A stretch of 64,000 nt of DNA from Vicugna vicugna. Taxonomy: Eukaryota. Where the stretch lies: the NCBI GenBank assembly GCA_013265495.1, contig MU057887.1, forward strand, positions 73,985 to 137,984. The letters run 5' to 3'. A program made the translations under genes and the position numbers. Below, piece after piece: positions 1-11,344 of this stretch; the stretch's first letter is position 1; every line of letters begins with the position of its first letter. Below the pieces are notes generated by a model. The model saw nothing but the letters and a program-made list of their open reading frames with translations, was not told where the DNA came from and did no database searches.

Positions 1-879
1 AGGAAGTGCTGGCTGAATTTCGCTGGGCAATGTCTCCTCCCCAGGCTCTCATACGCCTGACTGTGAGGCTCTCCTGGCTCACAGAAGCTCATTAACTGCT
101 CGGCCTGGCCTTAGCAACCCTTTCTGCCTGGGTCACTTGGCAGAAACAACCCCGCCTGGAGGCTGAGCCAGGCCCCCTCCACCACCTCCTTGACTCTGAG
201 GCCCAGATTCCTGTCTCGTACGGTTGACCGATGCCGCCAGACCAGCAAGCCCCACTCTCCCAGTAGGCAGTCGCTTTGGTTGTGCCCTTCAGGGGGGAAG
301 CGTCTCATGCACACACCCTGGTGTAGGTAGGGGACCCAGTGACCTCTGGGTCTCAGTCCGCTCTTCTGTATGATATGAAGGGGGCGCCACTGGGCACCCT
401 TCCTGCTCTGAGGTTCTAGGATCAGCCCCTCCTCTCCCCGACTGATTCATTCCTGAAGCATTTATAGGGAGACCAGGGCTGGGGTTCTGGTGACGCCAGA
501 ACTTGCTCAGCACAGGCATTGCTTCAGGAAAGGCCCAGAGGAGGACAGCAAGGGTGCCTTGCCCTGTCTGAGGGAGGGGGCAGGTGCAGGTGAGCCCCGT
601 GGGAATCCCAGAAACTGGAGGGTCCTACCGTGCGCTCAGGAGGCTGGATTAGGCCCAGCTTTGTCGTTTGTGGATTGAGTGAGGTTGAACAAGTTGTTTC
701 ACCCACTCTGCCTCAGTTTCCTCAGCTGGAAAATGAAAACTGCGGAGGAGTGTGTGTCCATGTGGCGCCGGGGTCTTGAGAAATCTGTGTGGGCACAGTC
801 TTTGTGGGGAGGGATGGAGAGGTGGGGGCGACTCCGTAAGCCTTTGCACCAGGGATCTGGGAGGGGGCAGGAAGCTGAG

Positions 880-1900
880 CACCGTGTGGGTGTGGCCGCA
901 GGGGACGGCGCGGGGCCTGTGCTTGGGGTTGGATTGTGCATTGGTGCGTATTCGTTTCCTGTGGGCACGTGTGGCCCTCAGAAGAGGGCGACCCCAGGAG
1001 GACCAGCTCAAGGGGCGCTGAGCGGGCGGTGGCTACGGCCGCGGAGGCGCCGGCCACGCCCCCACTCAGTGCCCCGCCCAGCTTGGTCCCGCCTCTGCGC
1101 ACGCCCCCTTCCCTGAGGCCCCGCCTCTGCCCCGTAAACTCCGCCCCTGGGGCCGCCCCTGCTCCGCCCTGGGCCCTGGGCCCCGCCCCCTCCTGCCCGG
1201 GTTCCGTTTGCGCCGGGTCCGCGCTACCCGCCGCGGTACTGGCGCTCCAGGCTGCGGCCGCTCCGAGCAATGATTAACCCCGCGGGGCGGCCGGCGCGGG
1301 GCCCGGGGCGGAGGCGGCGGGCTGGGGCGGGACCCCGGAGGACCGCTCGGCTTCCTGCTTTCGCCGAAGTTTCCTCGTAGAGGGCGCAGCGCCCGCAGGG
1401 GCCCGCGGCGCGGCGTGGCGCAGGGCGCGGCGCCGGACGCGCGTGGGCGCCGAGTCGGCCGCCGGGGTCACCATGAGGACTCTCCGCAGGTTGAAGTTCA
1501 TGAGTTCGCCCAGCCTCAGTGATCTGGGCAAGAGAGAGCCGGCCGCCGCCGCCGCAGACGAGCGGGGCACGCAGCAGCGCCGGGCCTGCGCCAACGCCAC
1601 CTGGAACAGGTAAGGCCGCGCCCTCCTGGTCGGCCCGCGGGCCCCTGGTCCCGGAGTCGGGGGAGGGGGAGCCTTCTAGCCGGTCCGCGGGCCAAGGCAG
1701 GCCCCCAGCGAGGAACTGTGCCGGGGCAGCGCGGCACTTCACAATTTGTAGAGAACTTGCTCCTCCAGAGTTGTGCGGGCGGGGAGGGAAGTTTAGTGCA
1801 ACGTGTTTCTAGAACGGAGAGACGAGACTGTGGACCCGGGGCTGGTTCCAAAGCGCCCAGCTGGTGGGTGGCGGGGTGGGCCTGGATCCCGCGAGCCCGC
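880..1900. promoter_or_regulatory. PRR5: CpG island / GC-box promoter of PRR5
   Basis: Very CpG-dense stretch with many CCCCGCCC/CCACGCCC (Sp/KLF) boxes at ~1050-1200, surrounding the first coding exon. Boundaries are approximate. Confidence 0.85.
1473..1609 (+). CDS. PRR5: PRR5 coding exon 1 (MRTLRRLKFMSSPSLSDLGKREPAAAAADERGTQQRRACANATWN), ends phase 2
   Basis: ATG in GTCACCATGA context; translation matches the recalled PRR5 N-terminus; donor AG|GTAAGG at 1610; 137 nt. Confidence 0.97.
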
Positions 1901-2849
1901 CTTCCCCCGGGGTCTTCCCACGCCTCTGCTCCAGTGCTCATGGCAACCTGGGAGGTAAATAGAGCAGGAAGTGTTTATCCCATTTCGCCTATGAGCAGAT
2001 GAGCCTCGCGGGCGCAGTCGGTGGGTTGCTTCTGCGCTTCCTGTTTCTGCGTTAGGGTTCCTCTGGTCGGGGGTGGGCGGGTGGCTTTCCCTTGAGGGGC
2101 CCCCTGTCCTCCCAGCTGTCAGCAGGGGTGCTGCAGCTGCCCGGCATTCCTTAGACGACCCTCCCCCAGCGAGCCCTTCCCAGACTAGCAGGGGCGTGGG
2201 AAGTCCCACCACCCCTCCGCCCCCACCCCAGCTTTGTTTGAAGAGCAAGGCTGGGATCCGGAAAAAGAGACGGTTTATTCAGTGGGATTTCCCACCGTGT
2301 TTGCTCATGAGCTCTTTTCAAAAATAGGTGTTTCCACCCAAAGGAAAATGAGAGGGGAGTAGAGTGGGGCAGACTTTTCAGGGGGCTGTAGATGCTGTCC
2401 CCCCACCACACACGCCTGGTGGTGAAATCCTGCCAGATACTCCACTGTCTGGTTTCGGCCACCAGGAAGCTGACTGTCTACGTGGATGCTCGTTTATTCA
2501 GTTCATCAGTCGTTTCATGAGCATCATGATGGGCACAGGGCTGCCAGCCTGAGACCCTCGTCTGTGCACCAGGCAGGACACAGCTGTCCGCGTCACGTAC
2601 TCCTCTCCTGCCCCCTACAGGGATGCAAACTGCTTGAGGGCTGGGACTGGTCGGCCTCAGTTTCCCTGTCGGTCAGTGGGCACCCGCATTCCTTCTTACG
2701 GAACTGCTGTGAGGACAGTGAAAGAAGGCCTATTCTTGGGGAATCTTATCTACCCAGTGACTGTACACTGTCTTAAGAGGCATTTTCTCCTCTCACAGAA
2801 TTGAGGTGATGGAAGCAGTCTTTGCCATGGTTTAGCAGAAGGAGCCAGA

Positions 2850-3050
2850 TAGATTTTAGTTCAAATCTCAGCTCTGCCTCTTCCCTACTGCGTAAGCTGG
2901 AGCAAGTTGTTTAACCTCTCTGGTCCTCAATGTCCTTGTCCATAAAATGGGTTAATAAGAGTGCCCATATCATAGGGCTGTCATAGGGATTAAATGTGAA
3001 GATCTGTATTAAAGCCTTTAGCACGTGCCTGGCACATAGTAGGTCCTCTG
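2850..3050 (+). mobile_element. MIR SINE (one of many; others near 660-740, 8090-8165, 12810-12880, 38220-38300, 38930-39060, 59460-59640)
   Basis: GTTCAAATCTCAGCTCTGCC...CAAGTTGTTTAACCTCTCTG...TAAAATGGG...GGATTAAATG...GCCTGGCACATAGTAGG. Confidence 0.8.
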
Positions 3051-3909
3051 TAACTCATTACTCAAGTTCAAACTCATGCCCGGGACAAACTTGTGTCAGG
3101 GTGAGCCTGCAGGGATTTGAGGGGCCCCTCAGGAGACAGCTATTTCCTGAGCTCTCACCTACGGCAACTGTCTGAGCACCCCTGCCCCTGCTGGGGTCTC
3201 CTGGTGTGGTTGACCCTGCTGGGGGGGGGTCCCCAGGGAGTGTCTGGGCAGAGGTGGGGGCAGCCTGAGGTCAGCTCTGAGCATTCCGGGGCTCGGGGGT
3301 GGCTGTAGGGCGAGGTCCCCTGAGCCCCTCCACTGCTTCTCACTTAGAGGAGTGTCAGAACTTCGGCTCTGCTCTGTGCCTCGGCCTGCCGACTGCAGGG
3401 GAGCGCCTGCTTCCGCAGCCCAGACGGCACCTGTAAGGCCCTGAGCCTCCCAGCCCCTGGACCCACATCAGCCCCACCTGCTGGGCTGTCCTCCTGTGTG
3501 CCAGGCCCCTTTGTGACCCTTGGCTCACTTCGCCACTGTCTCATAGCCCAAGGATGCAGACATGACTACCACCCCCCATTTAGAGGTGCAGAGGGGGACA
3601 CCACCAGGAGACCTGCCCATGTGGATGCCGCAGAGCAGAGCCCCTGCGCTCGCCCTGAGGAGAGGGAGCACTGAGCTGGGGAGGGGCAGTACCTTCCCCC
3701 GCAGCGCCCCGCAGAGACCACTGAGAGGCCAGGCCTCTTCTGATCACTGCCTGCCTGCCTCCCCGCCCCCACCCCGGTCCCGGCAGCGCTCCCTGCCAGG
3801 GCCCATCAGGACCACAGCCTTGGGGGTCGGGACATTGCGGGCCCTGCCTTGCTGAGTTGTGGACGCCTCATTCTGAGTCCAAGGTGAACCCCCTTTCCCA
3901 TGTGACCAC

Positions 3910-4340
3910 ATTAATTTCCTAGGGGTGGCTGTAACAAATTGTCGCAGACTGAGTGGCTTAAAACAACAAAAGTTTATTCTCTCCCAGTTCTGGAGGCCAG
4001 AAGTCCCAAATCAAGGTGTCCGGGCACGCTCCCTCCAGAGGCTCTAGGGGAGGCCCCTTCCTGCCTCTTCCAGCTCCTCGTGGCTCCCTGGCCTGTGGCC
4101 ACACCACTCACTCTCTGCTTCTGTCCCCACTGGGTCTCTCCGCCGTGCCGCTATGTCCACACCTCCTCTCCCGCTCTTATTTATAAAGACGCCAGTCACT
4201 GGATACAGGGCCCACCCTAAATCCAGGACGATCTCATCCCAAGTTCCTTAACTAATTACATCCACAGAGACCCTGTTTCCAATTAAGATCTAGGGTATCA
4301 AGTGGGCATGAATTTCTAGGGGGACACTATTCAGCCCACC
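3910..4340 (-). mobile_element. MaLR LTR (MLT1 family)
   Basis: GGCTGTAACAAATT...GGCTTAAAACAACAAAAGTTTATTCTCTCCCAGTTCTGGAGGCCAGAAGTC...GGGCCCACCCTAAATCCAG. Confidence 0.85.
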
Positions 4341-4406
4341 TCAGTGACATCCGTTTCCTCACCTGGATGCTCACTCCAGGTTAGTGGAATCCATGTCCCC
4401 ACCTAG

Positions 4407-4431
4407 CATTCATTCATTCATTCATTCATTC
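4407..4431 (+). repeat. (CATT)n microsatellite, probably an L2 tail
   Basis: Six CATT units. Confidence 0.85.
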
Positions 4432-5949
4432 TCTCTCTCACTGGCACTGGGCCAGCCCAGGGCGCGGAATCAAGCGGACAACAGCCTGGGGCTTGGAGTT
4501 GATGAGGGGATTCAGGAGATAAACAAGGATGCGTGTAAACCCACGGGGTCTGTGCGGGTGGCGTTCCGTGCGGGGAAGAGGATGAACCGGATGAGCGCGG
4601 TGCTGAGCACACACGGCTAGAGCCTGCGACCCCTGCTTCCTCCGTGCACGCTGATCCCGTGGCTGTGCGGGGGATGTTTGAGGTCCGGATACCAGGCTTC
4701 CAGCTGGCTGGGCCACCCCCCAAGCGTAAACTGGAACTGCTTCCTAAGCACCTGCTGCTGCATGGCAGGGCAGGGCGCTCCCCTGCGCCTGGCCCAGTGC
4801 TGGCGCTGCAGAGGCAGGTGCGGGCGGCCTAGAAGGCTCACCTGTCGCTCCTACCTGGAGTCCCTATCCCCTCCCTCCCCAAGGGCCCGGACGTCATGTC
4901 ACCATCTGTCCCCGTATTCGCGCCCGTTAGCTCCCTGCTGGGCTTGGGCCCAATGCGTGTTCAGGGCCTCTGGCTCCATGAAGGTCCTGTTCTTGGGCTA
5001 AGAGGCCAGCGGGGAGGGGGCAGGAACTCCCCAAGCCTCAGCACAAGTGCCCTGGACCTGCATTTGGGCCAGAGGTGTCACCATCATGACGCCCTTCTCC
5101 TTGCCTGGCCTGGATCCCCCCAGATGCTTGAGGTTTGGAGAGCCCAGTGCCCACCCACCTTCTGGATGTGAGAGCGGAGGCCCCCAGCAGGTAGCCTGTG
5201 CCCTTGCGCTGCGAGCGACCTTACCCTCTCACACTCCACAGATTTGCCTCCAAGGCTGAGATGATGGTCTTTAGCTTAGAGATAGAGAAACTGAGACAGG
5301 GGGAGAGGGACTTGATCAAGAGCCTCGGCCAGCGTTGGGTCTGAGCCTTGGTCTGACTTGAAGCTGCCGCCCGGGCGCCCATGTGAGTTCGTGTCTGTTG
5401 GCCAGGTGAGGCCAGTATTGCTGGTAAGAGCCCGGAGGCTGTGGCTGCCCGCCTTGTCTGCCCGTCCCTGGTCCTGGACGGGGAAGGCGGGGATAGGGGG
5501 CGCTGGCCCAAACCCCACAGAGCGTCCTGTACCCAGATCTCCTCCTGGACCATGAACATCCCATCCCCCCAGCTGGCGGTGCACACTCACCCCGACCCAT
5601 GCTGGGCTCTGTCCAAACCCGGGACGTGGAAGAGCTGCTTTCATCCCTGCAGCACCTTCCAGGTGGTTCTCATCGCCCCCATCCTGCAGATAAGAGCACC
5701 GAGGCTCAGAGAGGTGCGGGGACTGTCCAGGTCTCTGACTCCAAAGCTTCTGCCACCACCTCGTAGGGGTCTCTGAGGAGCCAGAGGAAGCTGGCTGGAG
5801 CCTCAGGGTGACTGGTTGGTTGGGAGTAGGGGGTTGGAGGGCAGTGGGGGGCCTGTGCGTGGCTTCCCCACCACCCCACCTACTCGCTCTGGGTCAGGCC
5901 TCGGGTCCTGAGCCCATGCCCCTCTGAGTTAGTCTGGGTGTGGCCAGCA

Positions 5950-6400
5950 GAGCAGTGGTCCCCAAAGATGCCCCGGGACCTGTGAATACATTTCCTTACA
6001 TGGCAAAAGGGACTTTTCAGATGTGATTAAGTAAAGGATCTTCAAGTGGGGAGGTGATCCAGGCGAGCCCAGTGTTATCACAAGGGTCTCGACAGGAGGG
6101 AGACCGGGGCTCAGGGTTCAAGAAGGAGGCGTGAGGATGGAGGCAGATTGGTTGAAGACACCACGGTGCCGGCTTTAAGGATGGAGGGAGGAGCCCGGGC
6201 CAGGGAACGTGGCTGCCTCTAGAAGCTGGAAGAGGCCAGGAAACAACATTCTCCCCTAGAGCCTCCAGAATGAGGCTCGAGTGACACCTTGACTCTAGTC
6301 CTATGACAGTGATTTAGAGCTTCTGGTTTCAGAACTGCAAGAAAGCACATTGGTCTGGTTGTAAGCCACTAAGCGTGTGGTCTCTTGTTAACAGCAGTGG
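5950..6400 (+). mobile_element. MaLR LTR (MLT1D-like)
   Basis: CCTTACATGGCAAAAGGGACTTTTCAGATGTGATTAAG...TTCTCCCCTAGAGCCTCCAGAA...TAAGCCACTAAG. Confidence 0.85.
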
Positions 6401-9400
6401 CAGGACGCTCATACGCTGGATTTCCCTCCCTCCCAACCCTGCTCACTTCTCTGCCCCCCAGCTCGGGCTCAGAGCCGTCTGCAGTTCCTGAACCTGGCCT
6501 CCCACTTGGCCGGTGGGGACGTGAAATCAGGCAGCTGTGGGAGGAGGTGGTTGCTCCACTGTCCCCTGCAGCCTTTCAGGATGGGTAGATCAGCCCACAG
6601 CCAGGCATCTGCCTACCTGGGCAGGTGAGCCTCTAGAGTAAAGTTCCAAGCTCCTGCCTGGCACCCAGGGAGGAGGAGTGGTGGGCGCGAGGCCCCTCCC
6701 ACTCGGCCAGGAGCCCGGGCCAGGGTTGGGCGTTATTTAAACCAGGTGCCCCGAAAGCAGGGCGAGAGTGATGCTGGTTGCTGAGGAGCAGGTGAACCTG
6801 GTATTCTCAGCCCCACTTTCCAGCTGGTCAGATGGGGGCCCCACACGGGGGCAAGGTTGGGCTCTGAGTCACCTGTCTCCCTGTGCCTTTCACCGGGGCG
6901 TGAAGAGGAGGCCAGTGGACGCTTCTCCAGGGGCAGCTGGAACAGAGCCACGCAGTCCCCCCACTTCATCTCAGGGCTGGGCTGACCCTCCAGGATACAG
7001 ATGAGGACACTGGGGCTCTGGTCACCGTTACATGGACAGGGCAGAGGGAAGGCTAGAACCTGGTCTGTCTGAGGTGGGCTGGGAGCCAAGGCAGGCACTG
7101 TGGGGCCCCAGTGGAGCCCAGTACCCACACCCACCCTCGTCCAACAGCAGGGAGATAGATCTTGAGAAGAGTCAGGCCTTGACACCAGTGGGAGGGGCTG
7201 GAGGAAGTGCCAGCCCCTCCCGGGTCCAGGTCGGCCAGTTTTCTGGGCCTCCAGAGCAGGGCAGGGCTCTACCTCCAGGCCCCCAGCTGGGGCCTCAGCC
7301 TCTCTAGAGGTCCCTGAAGGCTCACTGGCCTAGCCTGCCACTCACTCACTCTCTGCCAGGGCTTCCTGTATGGGCAGGCAGGCGACACTGAGAGACGTGT
7401 GACAGTGGGCCAGGGACCCACCCAGCTGGTGTCCCACCTGCTCTCAGCCCCACGCTGACCCCAGCCTGAGCCAGAGCAGCCACGGGCAGGTCTCCCCCAG
7501 GAGCCCCACAATCTGCCCTTCCTCCCCGAGCCTGACCGTGGGGGGCCCCGTCCTGTCCCAGGCAGCCCTGGTGGCAGCACATCTCGGCACCATCGTGGGT
7601 GCCGTGGAACCTCACCAGGGGCCCTGCCCCCCCCCAGGTGAGAGGCTGAGTCTTGTCCCTGCCCTCCTGCCTCCCTGCGTGGGGAGAAGGGATGGGCCGG
7701 AGAGGGCCTGCCCAGTGAGAGGAAGCAGTGGAGGGAGGTGTTGGGCCGGCTGCCGCTCCGGCCTCACCAGGAAGTGCCCCGGTGTCCCCGGCTGGGCCTG
7801 CCTGCCTCTGGCCTGGGACGGCCCGCGCCAGGGTTTCACTTCTATTTGGGGTATAAGTCACAGTATAAGCCTCTCCTCTCCCCACCCCTCCCCTCTCCCC
7901 CAGTGGCTCCTAGCAAGGTTTTGTTATTTACCGAACTCGGACTTTGGAAAGAGCGTGGAACCTCGGCTGGAGAGGCCTTGCCTGTCCACCTGCCCGCCCC
8001 ACATTGGGTGGGGGCAGTTTCTGAGCAGCCATGTGGGAGTCGGGGGACTGTGGGCATAGGGCTCTGTTCTGGTCCTTCCAGGCATCAAGCTGTGTGACTC
8101 TGGGCAGTGTCCCTTGGCTTCTCTGAGCCTCAGTGTTTCCATCTGCAACCTGGGCTGTAACAGTCCCCACTTCATGCCGTGGTTAGAAGGAGGTGGGGAT
8201 GCTTGAGCTGTGGGGAATGCTTTGAGGGGCACTCCCTCCCCTGGAGTCACTGCTGATGATACCATAGCACACATGACTCTGCAGGGCGCTCTCTGCTCCC
8301 CAGTGTCTCCTAAAGGAGCTGTAATTCTGGACCCTGTTGTACCCATTGTACAGACAGAGAAGCTGAGGCACACGTGGTCCTATCTCTTGGCCCAGTCATG
8401 CAGCAGGGAAGCCCAGACCTGGGATTCAAACCTAGACTCGCACCTGAACCAGCCTGAGGGCTGGAGGTGGGATGGGTGGGAGCAGGGTCCACCTGGGTAG
8501 GAGGCTGGGCTGGGGTGTGGACAGGAGAACTCCAGGGTGACCCCAGGGCTGGGCAGGCCACTACTCAGATACACGGGTTGAAAGATGGAAGGGTGGGGAT
8601 GAGGCTGGGCTGCAAATGGGGGCCAAATGGTAAACCAAATAGACCTCCGCTCCCCCAAAAAAAGCTAGGGTCAAATCCTCATCCGACACCATAGTGAGGA
8701 GGGGTGGGCCTGACCTCATGGTGAGCCTCCAGGATGGGGAGCAGCAAGGGCGAAGGCCCTGAGGCAGGAGGAGGCCGCTGCTGCTCAGACCCAGGCATGG
8801 AGAGTGGTGGGGGGTGGTTCTGGTGACACAAGGCGCCAGACCCTTGAGGGCCTCGAGGCAAGACTTTTCCAAAGAGCCGTCTTACCCTCCAGAGCCATGT
8901 GGTTAAGGTCCCCTCTGAGCAGGTGACCAGAGTGGGCTGGGAGTCCTCTGGAAGGTTTACCAGAGAGGGAGGAAGGCCTTGGAGAGGCAGCAGGACCAGG
9001 CCTGGCAGGCTGACCAGGGCTCCCTCCATGTTGTCCCCTTGGCCTGATGGAGGCCTAGGCCCCAGGGAGACCTCGGGAGTGGCTGGGCCCGTGGGGCCAG
9101 GGTCAGGAACGCCCCACCTGCCAGCCCCCAGGCTCCTCCGCCGACAGGACTGGGAGGGGCTGACCCCACTCTGTGGTTGTCCCTCCTCCGCTCCCTGCAG
9201 CCTCAGCCTCACGGGCCGGGAGCGAGTCCCCAGCTGTTTGGATTTCAGGGTGGCAGCTGCTTTGGACAGCGGGCTTCCTGGCGGCCGTAAGACTTCCCGT
9301 CAGAACTTCACTTGTTTCAGTCTGTAGACGGGGAACAGGTTGCCGTGACGCAGTTGTGGGCCTGGGTCTACCGGGGACCTCTTAGCAGGTGAGTCCACCC

Positions 9401-11263
9401 CGGCCATGACCTCCCACTGAGGCCTTCATCCTCCCAGCAACCTGGGGCAGGCGCACTCGTGACCCCCATTCACAGACAGGAGACAGAAGTTAGAGGACAT
9501 GTGCCCAGATGCACGAATAAGCGACATTCCAGCACCAGGCGCCGGAGTCAGGCACTCCAGGTCAGGTGACGAGGCCTCTGGCCTGGCCAGGCTGGGACCA
9601 GCCGTGGAACCCGGGCAGGTCCCTGCCCTGCTCAGAGCAGCCTTCACCCACCTGGGGTGTGGGGCCCTGCCCCTGCCCTGCCCCCTCCAGGGTGCACAGC
9701 TGACTTGGCATCAGGAGGCTGCGTGGGGAGAGGAGGCAGCTGTCGGGTCAGCTCTGTGGCTTCCCGGAGGGACTTGGCTCTTCTGAGCCTCAGTTTCCTC
9801 ATCTGCAAAGTGGGCGGTTAGTCCATGTTGCTGGGAAGGGCAGAGCTGATAAAAGCAGACCAGGGCACCCAGACTGGGTCACTGCCGTCTAATCCGTGCT
9901 GCGAATGGCAGCACATGTCCGGCTGTCCCTCCAGGCCAAAAATCGCACTGCCTGTCCGCAGTGGTGAGCTTCAGAACAGCAGCCAGACCCTGGGGGGAGC
10001 AGTGCAGCCACCCAGACTGCGCTTTCGCCCTCAGGAGCTCATGGCTGGTGGCAGGGACCGACATGAAAGTAAATCGGCGGAGTGCTAGGGTATGAGTCTG
10101 TGCAGGGAAGGGAGGGGGCCAGGAGGGCTTTTTGGTTGCGGTGGCCTTGGAGCCAAGGCTCTAGTATAGATCCCTAGTAGATAGAGAGCATTAAAGGCCT
10201 GCCAGGTCAGGGGCAGTGGATGCAAAGACCCTGACGTATGGCAGCCCCTGGCAGGTCCAGTACTCTGTGAGATTATAGTGTAGGATGCGCAGGAATGCAG
10301 GGAGGGACCATTCTGGACGAGCCTCAAATGCCATGTCCAGGCCTTGGGCTATATGTTCAGGGCCCTGGGCAAGGAAGGGACTCTGGCTGCAGTGGGTTGT
10401 GGACGCACTAGGGAGGTAGCTGGGGCGATCGGAGGTTTAGGGGAGCACAGGAGAGAGGCAGGGTGCGGCAGAGACCACGGGGTAGAAATGGGTGGGGCTT
10501 CAGGATCAACTGGATTTGGAGGGTGAGGGAGAGTCAGGATAAATTTCATCAGATGCTTAACCAGGCTTCTTTGAGCCAGGCGCTGAGCACACGGTCATGA
10601 ACAACACGGCCCTGTGGCCTGAGGTTTGTAGATAATGGCGGAGATCAACCACTGAAACAAATCACTTATAAACGTTCAGGTGTCCACTGACAAGTTTTGT
10701 AAATGCTGAGATGACTTGTGACCCGAAGGAAGGATCCACATGGATCCAGGGGAGGGGGGACCAAGCAGAAGAAAAGACGTGTGTACAGGCCCTGTGGTGA
10801 GGGCAGCTCCCTCGGTGGAGCTGGGTGCAGGTGGCACAGGCACAGCCCGGGGGCACTGGGGGCCAGCTCACAGCGCCCTGAAGCACCGGGAGAGTAAGCC
10901 AGTCGGACTCGGTTATGTTTGGGGGTGTAAGGCGATCAGAGGGTGGCCCCTAATTTCTGGCCTGGGTGTAGAGGGTTCAAGAACACGGGAGGGGAGGCAG
11001 GGTGTGGAGCGTACACAGATGTCCTGGAGAGATGATGGGGAGGCTGGGGCTGGGAGCTGAGGTTCTGGTGTGGACAGGGTTCCACGGGGACGGCCAATCC
11101 CTGTGCTCCAGGGCCTGCCTCCTGAGAGAAAGAACGGGCCCCCTGCTTCTGACCGGGCCCCCTCTGTTCCTCAGGCAGAGCAGGAGGGGCTCCTGGGGAG
11201 AGGGAAGGTGGGGAGGGGTCTCAGGGCCTCTGGACAGACATTCTCCTCTTTCCCCACCTACAG

Positions 11264-11344
11264 CATCCACAACGGGGTGATCGCCGTCTTCCAGCGCAAG
11301 GGGCTGCCCGACCAGGAGCTTTTCAGCCTCAACGAAGGCGTCCG
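11264..11344 (+). CDS. PRR5: PRR5 coding exon 2 (SIHNGVIAVFQRKGLPDQELFSLNEGVR)
   Basis: Polypyrimidine tract + CAG acceptor; donor CG|GTGAGT; 81 nt; phases fit neighbours. Confidence 0.97.

Noticed and set aside
1224..1742. Antisense ORFs over PRR5 exon 1 (also 26541-26939 over exon 8)
   Set aside because: Shadow ORFs typical of GC-rich coding and CpG-island DNA.
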